DNA of 64,000 nt from Macrostomum lignano (taxonomy: Eukaryota): NCBI GenBank assembly GCA_002269645.1, contig NIVC01003211.1:3460-67459 (forward strand), read 5' to 3'. Under the pieces are notes generated by a model, which did not search any database, was not told where the DNA came from, and saw only the letters and a program-made list of their open reading frames with translations. This document shows, in pieces, positions 25,315-35,552 of the stretch (position 1 is the stretch's first letter; every line of letters begins with the position of its first letter). Position numbers and translations under genes: made by a program.

Positions 25315-26165
25315 ACGGTCAAAATGATCGAACTGTCTCTCGTTCCGGTCATGAGGATCGAACTGTCTCTCGAACCGGTCATGAGGATCGAACTGTCTCT
25401 CGAACCGGTCATGAGGATCGAACTGTCTCTCGAACCGGTCATAAGGATCGAACTGTCTCTCGAACCGGTCATGAGGATCGAGAGACAGTTCGAATCTCGA
25501 ATATCTCGAATATATCTCGAATATCTCGAATATCTCGATACCTCGAACCGGTCATAAGGATCGGACTGTCTCAGGAACTGGTCATAAGGATCCGACTGTC
25601 TCTTGAACCAGTCATAAGGATCCGACTGTCTCTTGAACCAGTCATAAGGATCGAACTGTCTCTCGAATTGGTCATAAGGATCGGACTGTCACTCAAACCG
25701 GTCATAAGGATTAGACTGTCTCGAATTGGTCATAAGGATCCGACTGTCTCTCGAACCGGTCATGAGGATCGAGAGACAGTTCGAATCTCGAATATATCTC
25801 GAATATCTCGATACCTCGAACCGGTCATAAGGATCCGACTGTCTCTTGAACCAGTCATAAGGATCGAACTGTCTCTCGAACCGGTCATAAGGATCCGAAT
25901 GTCTCTCAAACCGGTCATAAGGATCGGACTGTCTCTCGAACCGGTCATAAGGATTAGACTGTCTCTCGAACCGGTCATAAGGATTAGACTGTCTCTCGAA
26001 CCGGTCATAAGGATTAGACTGTCTCTCGAACCGGTCATAAGGATCGACCTGTCTCTCGAACCGGTCATAAGGATTAGACTGTCTCTCGAACCAGTCATAA
26101 GGATCTGACTGTCTCAGGAACTGGTCATAAGGATCGGACTGTCTCTTGAACCGGTCATAAGTACC
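25315..26165. repeat. 30-bp minisatellite (GAACCGGTCATAAGGATCGGACTGTCTCTC) with two inverted-segment interruptions
   Basis: Period 30; interruptions at about 25478-25545 and 25768-25818. Confidence 0.92.
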
Positions 26166-26541
26166 GGACAGTCCCGCATGGTCCACATATCCAGTAAATA
26201 AACTAAACAAAAGCGTACTTTAACCAATGTTAGGCATTCAATGTTGCACTAGACAACAACAACAGGATGTCGCGTAAATTAAGTGAAGCAAAACTCACGC
26301 GATAGCCAGCTGGTTAATCATTCTATTTTGATGTCGGTATTCGAGACAGCAAGGGCAATGGGAGACGGGGAGAAAACCTGACGCCGCGGCTAGGGAAACA
26401 GTTATTACAAGACTTGACGACAAATCAGCCGCATTAACTGCGTGTTACACAAAAGATCGTCAGCAAAAAATGAGACATTGTTAATAGCTGAATGGCGAAC
26501 GAACAAAGAACTCAGTAGTTGCAGATCCCACAGCTGCTGCG

Positions 26542-26765
26542 CTACCAGTAGTTACCGTAGCCGCCCTGGTCGCCGCCCCGACCTCCGTAACCGCGACCGC
26601 CGCCTCCGCCGCCCGTGGCACCGCCGCCGCCTGTTGCCATGCTTGTCACCTGGGCCAGGGCGGCCGCCAGAACCTGCGGATTCGAGGCCAGGACGTTCAC
26701 CACATCCTGATAGACCCCGGAGCCGCCAGGCGCGCCGCCCGAACCGATCTGGCCGCCGCCGGGGC

Positions 26766-26799
<34 letters not shown>

Positions 26800-28381
26800 C
26801 ATTGGCTGCCAGCCACGGCCTCGCGGTGGTCCCATCTGGTGGCCGCCACCCCGGCCGCCTCGCATCTGGCCCAGGCCGCCACCCGAAAAGCCGAGGCTCC
26901 CGCCGTGCTTCGGAATCGCGGTGCCAACGTGGACCGTAGTGCCCTCGATGTCGAAGTCCTGCCCGACCAGGCGATCGACGGTGGTTGAGTCGGCAAAGGT
27001 GACGAAGGCGAAGTTGCGGAACGGCTTGGGGATGTACACTTCCTCCACCGTGCCGTGCTGGTTAAAGAAGTCCTTCAACACCTGGCTGGTCATCTCCTCC
27101 GTGATGCCGCCGACGAAAACGCGGCGAGGCACGCTGGCCGGGGCGGCCGGCTCGCCCTGGCTGATCGGCACCTTCACCTCGCACCAGCGGTTCTGGGCGG
27201 CAGAGCGGGGAGCAATTTGAGACAAAAAATTGGGGGCGATTCTTAACGGTAGCTGGGTGGAGGGGCAATTCTCAATGGTAGCTGGGGGGGGGGCAATTCT
27301 CAATGGTAGCTGGGGGGGGGCAATTCTCAATGGTAGCTGGGGGGAATTCTCAATGGTAGCTGGAGGGGGGGCAATTCTCAATGGTAGCTCAGTAGCTGGG
27401 GGGGGGCAATTCTCAATGGTAGCTGGGGGGAATTCTCAATGGTAGCTGGAGGGGGGGGGCAATTCTCAATGGTAGCTCAGTAGCTGGGGGGGCAATTCTC
27501 AATGGTAGCTGGTGGGGAGGGGAAATTCTCAATGGTAGCTCAGTAGCTGGGGGGGGGCACTTCTCAATGGTAGCTGGGGGGGGGCAATTCTCAATGGTAG
27601 CTGGGGGGCGCAATTCTCAATGGTAGCTGGGGGGGGGCAATTCTCAATGGTAGCTGGTGGAGAGGGGCAATTCTCAATGGTAGCTGGGGGGGGCAATTCT
27701 CAATGGTAGCTGGGGGGGGCAATTCTCAATGGTAGCTGGGGGGGGGGGCAATTCTCATTGGTAGCTGGGGGGGGCATTCTTAATGGTTGGGGGCGATTTT
27801 TCAGCAGGCCAGGGGCCCAGAAAAAGCAGCAAAGTCCCGCGCAGTCGCACCATTATCTGATGTCTAGGGCAGGTCAGACAGTCGATCTGGGACTCGAACT
27901 CGGCAAACCGAATGAACCCGTAGCCCCGACTGCCGCCCTGCGAGTCCCGCTTGATCTGCGACATGACCAGCTCGCCGAACTTGGAGAAATAGCTCTTCAA
28001 ATCCTCTTCGTTGGCTTTGTAAGGCAGGCCGAGCACAATCAGGTCTGTGCACTTTTTCCTGTCCGGCTTCTTCGGCCGGAAGTCGGGCGCGTCGCCGAGT
28101 TCCTCGTCCACTTTGCGTTTGTTGTCCTTGGGAAAGGTGCACAAGTAGACCACGTTGCCGTTGTGACTCCAGGAGTTGAACTCCGGCGGCGGGTACAGTA
28201 CACCGTCCGTGAGGCGCACTGCCCGCATGGCGCTGGTGTCCGGGTTGCGGTAGCGCAGGCCGGTGAGGCCGGGGAACTGCGCGGCCAGGGTGGACAGCAG
28301 CAGGACTCCGCCGGCCTCGGTGGGCACCTCTATCGGGTCGTCGCCCTCGTCCTCAGCAACTGGCACGTATTCGACAGCCAT
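26542..28381 (-). CDS. TARDBP: TAR DNA-binding protein 43 homolog, copy A (393 aa)
   Basis: Exons 28381-27851 and 27192-26542 (phase 0, HQIM|NRWCEVKVP). NTD (PIEVPTE…LLLSTLAAQFPG…GLRYRNP), RRM1 (DLIVLGLP…RGYGFIRF), RRM2 (RRVFVG…PKPFRNFAFVTF), Gly-rich tail. Confidence 0.95.
27230..27800. repeat. About 24-27-bp minisatellite (G7-9 CAATTCTCAATGGTAGCT) filling the TDP-43A intron
   Basis: Unit length varies with the G-run; intron 27850-27193. Confidence 0.92.
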
Positions 28382-28512
28382 GGCTGGTGCGATTCACTGC
28401 AAAATTGGACAATTTCGATGGGGGAATTGCTGCCTGATTACCGCTAGTAACTAAGTGCACCTACATGCCGATACTACATATTTGTCTACTATCTATCTAC
28501 CAATCGATCTAT

Positions 28513-28600
28513 GGGGGGCGTAGCTTAGTAGTCAAATGGCGCTCTGATGTGCCAGCGGCCCAGGCTCGATTCTCCAAGTGCAGTCACATTAATTTGGGCT
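28513..28600 (+). mobile_element. Degenerate tRNA-derived (SINE-like) head, copy A
   Basis: A-box-like TAGCTTAGTAG at 28521, B-box-like GGCTCGATTC near 28563; paralogous to 35553-35630. No complete cloverleaf seen. Confidence 0.4.
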
Positions 28601-29479
28601 AAGTTGGAATCTCGGCTTGGCTCTGCTCGTGCAATCACGCCCTTGAGGACCAACCCCCAAGACACAGTGTACATGGCTAGCCATAAATATAGCCAGGGCC
28701 GCTGTACACTCCCCTGTGTGAGCCTGTGCGTATGACTGCGTACGTATCTGCGCGCTTGTTTGCCTGCTCAGGGGAGTCGGCGGAATGGGCAGTAATGCCT
28801 CTCGCCGGTTGTGTGACAATGTCGCTTAAAGTGCGCCAGGGTGCACACAACCCCCCTGCCTCTAATAATAAAAATACCAATATATATACTATCTTATCTG
28901 CCTATTATTATATTATCTGCCAATTTATCTGCTAACAATGCACCGCCCATCTGCCAATTAATTAACCATGTTTATCTAACCTAACAAGAACCACCAAACA
29001 CGACAGGCTGTTAAGCTGAAAATAATAATCATAACTAGTGAAAACAATACAATTATAACTGTTGGCTCGCCATCAGAAATGAAATCACACGGAACTCGCG
29101 ACTCCCAGCTACAGTTACCGGGGTAGCCGATGCTCAAATCAGGCAAAACCGCAGTTAACTTACTGAAAACACTGCCGAGCTCTTCAACTCAGAGGTCATC
29201 TCAGGTCAAGCGAGAGATAAACAGCCCTAAAGTTCATCACGACTGGCGTATAAACAAGCACTGGAAACAAATCGATTGAAAATAGCAGAAATATCAACGA
29301 TAACAACAGCAAGTTCAGCGCACAAACTGCGGCAAATGTCTACATTGAATGCAAATTGACAAACAATATGAAATGCATGATTAACAAGGCAGTACAGCGT
29401 AAATTCTTTCACATCTTCACTTTTAAATCCTCAACCTTCATATTCACCACCCTTATCCTCATCTTTCTATCCCCAACCA

Positions 29480-30000
29480 TCATAACTCAACCTTCATATG
29501 CCACACCATCATACCACCCATCTTCATATCCCCAAACTTCATATCCCCAACCATCATACCCCCCATCTTTATATCCCCAACCCTTATATCCCCAACCCTT
29601 ATATCCCCAACCTTCATATCCCCAAACTTTATATCCCCAACCTTCATATCCCCCATCTTTATATCCTCAACCTTCATATCCCCAAACTTTATATCCCCAA
29701 CCTTCATATCCCCCATCTTTATATCCTCAACCTTCATATCCCTATATTTATATCCCCAACCTTCATATCCCCCATCTTTATATCCTCAACCTTCATATCC
29801 CTATATTTATATCCCCAACCTTCATATCCCCATAATAATATCCCCAACCTTCATATCCCCATAATCATATCCCAAACTTTATATCCCCAACCTTCATATC
29901 CCCATAATCATATCCCTAAACTTTATATGCCCAACCTTCATATCCCCATATTTATATCCCCAACCTTCATATCCCCATATTTATATCCCCAACCTTATTG
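29480..30000. repeat. 15-bp minisatellite (ATATCCCCAACCTTC) with 30/45-bp higher-order variants
   Basis: Expanded only in duplication copy A; copy B has 1-2 units at about 35955-35985. Confidence 0.9.
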
Positions 30001-30191
30001 TGAAAATTGTCTCATCGGTCAAACAGTGACCCCCTCTCAGTTGCTACCCTACCTTCATCATAGCTGCATCGCAGACTCTCAACAATTCCACATAAATCCC
30101 AAACACTAAACACGTACAGAAAAGAAACAAATGTTTAACACGCAACGAAAAGTCATTGGCTCACACACAATCACTAATAAAGTCAAGACAA

Positions 30192-30204
30192 AGGTCAAAG
30201 GTCA
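30192..30204 (+). promoter_or_regulatory. Perfect DR1 nuclear-receptor element AGGTCA-A-AGGTCA (copy A)
   Basis: Exact consensus; function inferred only. Confidence 0.35.
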
Positions 30205-30571
30205 AAAGCTGTCTGCACCCGACGCATCAATCCAAGGCCAGGCTCAACTCAGCTCAAAGTCAGTCCCTGGCGCAGCCGGAGCAACACAGACTGACTGATA
30301 GACACAGATCGGCGCACAGGACTGCGAATTTAATTAAATCAATCTAATCAATCAGCTCATTCCAATGGGATACCTCCAGCAGGCTGGGTGCTCGGGCAGA
30401 TCTTCCTGAGCACCTGGCATCGGGTACAGGGACATCACGTGACCTGGCTCTCGGCCGCCGCTGAGCTGAAATTATGAGCTAATTTGTTTAAGTAAGAATT
30501 CACGTCATTGAAGAATAAAGATTGCTCTTGGTAGACATCTCCTAACACTGGGACTCTGGTGCATAAAATGG

Positions 30572-30780
30572 GGATTCGGGTGTTTGAAATGGGGATTTGG
30601 GGTGTTTGAAATGGGGATTTGGGGTGTTTAAAATGGGGATTCGGGGTGTTTGAAATGGGGATTTGGGGTGTTTGAAATGGGGATTTGAATGTTTGAAATG
30701 GGGATTTGGGTGTTTGAAATGGGGATTTGGGTGTTTGAAATGGGGATTTGGGGTGTTTGAAATGGGGATTGAGATGGTTG
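30572..30780. repeat. 21-22-bp minisatellite (GAAATGGGGATTTGGGGTGTTT) at the duplication junction
   Basis: About 10 units; abuts the TDP-43B 3' flank at about 30785. Confidence 0.9.
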
Positions 30781-31111
30781 AAATGTACTACACAACAGCA
30801 ACAGGATATCGCGTAAATTAATTGAAGCAAAACTCACGCGATAGCCAGCTGGTTAATAATTGTATTTGATGTCAGCATTTGGGAAAGCAAGGGCGATGGG
30901 AGTCGGGGGGGGGGGCACTGTCGCCAGCTTGGACTACAGATTTATTACAAGACTTGACAACAAATCAGTCGCATTGGCTTGGGTAACCAGTTCGACAATT
31001 TTGACTGCGTGCTACACAAACATCGACAGAGAATTTTGTAATAAAATTGTTAATAGATGGATGACGAACGAACAAAGAATTTCAGTTGTTGCAGATTCCA
31101 CAGCAGCTGCG

Positions 31112-34100
31112 CTACCAGTAGTTACCGTAGCCGCCCTGGTCGCCGCCCATGGCCCCGCCGCCGCCTGTTGCCATGCTGGTCACCTGGGTCAGGGCGGCCG
31201 CCAGAACCTGCGGGTTCGAGGCCAGGACGTTCACCACATCCTGGGAGACCCCGGAGCCGCCAGGCGCGCCGCCCGAACCGATCTGGCCGCCGCCGGGGCC
31301 ACCGCCGCCGCCGCCGCCGCCGCCGCCCATTGGCTGCCACCCACGGCCTCGCGGAGGCCCCATCTGGGCGCTGCCACCCCGGCCGCCGCGCATCTGGCGG
31401 CCACCAGGGACGCCGATGCCGCCGCCGTACTTCGGAATGACGGTGGCAACGTGGATCGTTTTGCCCTCGATGTCGAAGTCCCGCTCGACCAGGCGTTCGA
31501 CGGTGCTTGAGTCGGCAAAGGTGACGAAGGCGAAGTTGCGGAACGGCTTGGGGATGTACACCTCCTCCACCGTGCCGTGTTGGCTAAAGAAGTCTTTTAA
31601 CACCTCGCTGGTCATCTCCTCCGTGACGCTGCCGACGAAAACGCGGCGAGACTCGCCGACCGGGGCGGCCTGGCTGATCGGCACCTTCACCTCGCACCAG
31701 CGGTTCTGGGCGGCAGAGCGGGGGGGGGGGGGTGATTTGATGAGACAACAAATTGAGGGCGATTCTGAATGGTAGCTGGGTGGGGATTCTTACTGGTGGG
31801 GCCGATTACGAATGGTGTTCTGACTCGTAAGAGTGTATTTGAATTTTTTCAAGTATCCTAGGTCGGGCTTGTGACCGACTGTCTCTTAGGATCGAATTGC
31901 ATATATTTCTCACAGCGAAGAGAAGGGAAAATAGTTTAGTTTATTTAGGGCGTTATTCAATATTACTGAGTGTGACCATAGTTAAAATATAGCGCTGGCA
32001 GCCCGAACTACGGCATACCCCCTTTTAGGAAAATAACGGTTAACAACTACCAATGAACAATAAATTGCGATGCTTTTGCAAGTGTCTGTTGCTATCGAAA
32101 TTGAGTTGTCAGTTTTTTTGCAATTTTTTCCTATGGCTGATTTCGGCCAGGCATTCGCCGGACCCTTGTGCCCCTTTTTGGGGTCTCTTCGTTGGATTGG
32201 GCCACATAAGGCTCAACGGCTTGAGATGGGCCGTTGGTGACCTAAGTTGTTGGCTCAACACGATGATCAACTTCTTCATCGGACGTACTAGTAGTAGATG
32301 ATTGCTGCAGGCCCAGTTGATTGTTGCTGGCCAGCTTGAGGGTGTCGCCCGCCAGCAGTCATGATGTGTTCCGTCCTCGGGTCATTAGGAACATTGCCTC
32401 GGAGCACGGAGTGTCGGCATTTGGCTTTTAGGCTACTAGATCACCTTGCTGGAAGGTTGACACGATACGAACGCGTAATGGACGTCAAAAATGATTTCAA
32501 CAGGCGTCTTTCCATGCGAGGTTGACGAATATTTGTGGTGCAGCAGAACCTTCTGCAAAAAGGCAATAAATGTGGAGTGAGTCATGCGTTGGGTCCAGGC
32601 CCGAAGTGCCTTTTTCACGGTTTGCACGGTCCGTTCAGCAAGACGGTTGGACTGCAGTGAGTATGGAAGGGTCTCCATCTTCGGCGCTCCATTGGCTTCC
32701 AACCAGGACACCAAAGAGGCCGAGGTGAATTCTGCTCCGTTGTCAGACACAATCACTTGTGGGACACCGAATCGAGTAAAAACAGTACGCAAGCAGTTGA
32801 TGACCTTGTTCGTGGACCGATCTTTTGTTGGGAAAGCCTCAATAGAGCCGGAGTATGCGTCCACAACGATGAGAATGTTGCCTACCTCAGGTATGAATAC
32901 CTAGTCCTTGTGAAGCCGTTGGAACGGAAAGCTCGTAGGTGGCCAAACGTCTCTTATCTTCTGTAGACGAGGTCGCAGCCGAATATAACTGGGACATTGA
33001 TGCACGAACTGCTCGACATCGCGCTGCATTCCAGGCCACTAGCAGATCTGAGCCAGTAGGTTGTAGGAACCATCTTTCTTTTTGACCCAACGACAGGCGA
33101 TGAATTACTCACACGGCCTTCAATTCTCCCAATAACGCTCAGTTGCTCGAGTCTGTCCAGCTCAGCGTTGATCTGGCTCTCCAGTGCAATGGGCACAGGG
33201 CGGGCTCGGCAGAACTGCGGTCTGGCTCCATCGACCAACTCCATTCGAGCCGTGACGCCCTTATTGGTGGCAGGGGTTCGACCGTATGAGCCACGGATGT
33301 CTGGAAAATTGAGTCGGAATCCAGCAAGTCGCGTCCCAACAAATGTAATTGTTTTGTTGAAGCGACAACCATGAGCTCGGTCGGATGGAGACGGCCTTGC
33401 ATCTCGACGGTGGTGAGGAGCTTTCCTAACGTTTTGAGAGTGTGGCCATCATAGGCTTCAAGGCGCCGGTGACACTTGTAGCGCTGGTCGATGCAGTGAC
33501 TCCCAGAGATTGCTTGATATCACGAACACAGATGTGCCTGTGTCCACTTGCATTGGAATCGCAATTTACCATCAATGAGAATATATTCAGTTGCCACGGA
33601 TAGATTATGGACGAGATCAACGTCGGTAAGATGAAGGACTTCAGAGATGTCAGAGTCGGAAGCGTCAGTCGTCGTCTTTGCATGATGAATACCTGGTACC
33701 TGCTGATGATCGGCACACCGATCCGAAATGATTGAGTTTGTTGCATTTGGAGCATGTCTTGCCAAAGGCAAAGGCAGGACATTTCCCAGTGGGGTGGGAT
33801 TTGCCGCAGAATTTGCAATTATCAACACGACGTCGGTCTCTACCGAGTTTGGAAGGGCCGCCATTGTGCACTTGCTTTTATAATTTGCAAAGTGAATTTC
33901 TCCGTCTTCGAGTTGAACCGCAATGGGCTTTTGGACTCCCGAAGTTTCACGATCTCTCACAAAGGTCTTCACTTGTTCCAAATTTTGGATTTCATCAACG
34001 ATCTCTGCCACATTAAGTTCCTTTTTTTGGAGGATTACCAAAATGTGGCGCTGATGTTCGGCGTTGCACAGACCTACGATGAGGGACAGAAGCACCATTT

Positions 34101-35378
34101 CTTCTTCTGTACTGATACATGTTTTGAGAGAGTCAAACTTGCAGTATGCCGCAGCCTGGCGAACACAGGAGAGAAACTTGGTGATCGACTCATTTGCGGC
34201 TTGACGTTGTGGGGAAAATTTTGTTCGTTTTGCTACCACGACGCGCTTTGGGTTGTAGGAAACGGAAAGTGTTGATCGCTGCCTCGATATTGCTAAGGCG
34301 CAGTCTCAATATCCTTTGGGCTTTGGAGCGAAAATACTGGTGATTATCTCTAGAGCTGATAATCCACAGACTGGCAAGAAATTGTCTGCGATTTGTCGGT
34401 AGTCTGCTGTATCATCCCACTTCTTTGCTCGTCCCAGGGCTTCAAAGGCCTTCAACCAGGTAAGTGCGCGATCCAGATCGGCCAGGTCCAAACTATCGAG
34501 TCGCAACGCCATTGTAGCCAGATAAACTTCAATTATCTGAGGTCGGGCTCGTGGCTGAGTGCAGCGTAGCCAGAATTGCATTCCTACGTGTATATTTCTT
34601 ACAACGAAGAGAAGGGAAAATAATTAAGGGCTTTATTCAATATTACCGCGTGACCATAGATAGTTAAAATACCGATTCTCAATGGTAGGGAGCGATTCTC
34701 AATGGTTGGGACGACTCTCAATGGATTTGGGCGATTCTCAACTGTTGGGTGGGAGACATTCTAAATGATTAATTGTTCAGGGGGGGGGGGCGTTTTCTTA
34801 GCAGGCCAGGGGCCCAGAAAAAGCCGCCAAGTCCCGCGCAGTCGCACCATTATATGATGCTTCGGGCAGGTCAGACAGTCGATCTGGGACTCGAACTCGG
34901 CAAACCGAATGAACCCGTAGCCCCGACTGCCGCCTTCCGAGTTCCGCTTGATCTGCGACATGACCAGCTCGCCGAACTTGGAGAAATAGCTCTTCAAATC
35001 CTCTTCGCTAGCTTTGAAGTGCAGGCCGAGCACAATCAGGTCTGTGCACTTTTTCCTGTCCGGTTTCTTCGGCCGGAAGTCGGGCGCGTCGCCGGGTTGC
35101 TCGTCCACTTTGCGCTTGTTGTCCTTGGGAAAGGTGCACAAGTAGACCACGTTGCCGTTGTGACTCCAGGAGTTGAACTCCGGCGGCGGGTACAGTACAC
35201 CGTCCGTGAGGCGCACTGCCCGCATGGCGCTGGTGTCCGGGTTGCGGTAGCGCAGGCCGGTGAGGCCGGGGAACTGCGCGGCCAGGGTGGACAGCAGCAG
35301 GACTCCGCCGGCCTCGGTGGGCACCTCTATCGGGTCGTCACCCTCGTCCTCAGCAACTGGCACGTATTCGACTGACAT
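31112..35378 (-). CDS. TARDBP: TAR DNA-binding protein 43 homolog, copy B (374 aa)
   Basis: Exons 35378-34848 and 31705-31112 (phase 0). Same domains as copy A, shorter Gly-rich tail; 3.1-kb intron contains an LTR element. Confidence 0.93.
31830..34670 (-). mobile_element. Internally deleted, degenerate Ty3/Gypsy LTR retrotransposon in the TDP-43B intron
   Basis: Gag (34581-33520) with zinc knuckle CKFCGKSH…CSKCNKLNHFGSVC; RT start (PIALESQINAELDRLEQ…SPVV) joined directly to the integrase zinc-binding region (WPGMQRDVEQFV..C); rve core (VDAYS…FGVPQVIVSDNG…SNRLAERTVQTVK). Diverged direct repeats at about 31830-32017 and 34530-34670; polypurine tract AAAAGGGGG near 32018-32026 (minus strand). 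Confidence 0.88.
34675..34765. repeat. Four or five degenerate ~20-bp GCGATTCTCAATGG units in the TDP-43B intron
   Basis: Homologous to the 27230-27800 array; a further unit at about 31745-31790 lies on the other side of the LTR element. Confidence 0.8.
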
Positions 35379-35552
35379 GGCTGGCGCGATTCACTGCAAC
35401 ATTTTGCGACGGGGGACAATTTGAGTGGATAATTTCTGTCTGGCTTCTGCATCTACATGCTAATTTGTCGCATGTCTAACCTACCAATTCTGCCATCTAC
35501 CAATTTGTCCATTATCTGCAACTTTGTCTAATATCTATCTGCCAATCTGCCT

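Noticed and set aside
25315-26165. CRISPR-like appearance (30-bp partly palindromic repeats with interruptions)
   Set aside because: Units abut directly with no unique spacers, the two interruptions are copies of each other, no cas genes, eukaryotic context.
30350-30440. Possible C/D-box snoRNA (GTGATGT…CTGA on minus) or SECIS
   Set aside because: Imperfect C box, no terminal stem, no AUGA/GA quartet with apical AA; kept only as part of the conserved-block finding.
34505-34535. Primer-binding site for the Gypsy element (TGGCTACAATGG)
   Set aside because: Begins with TGG, but I could not match it to a known tRNA 3' end or define the LTR boundary.
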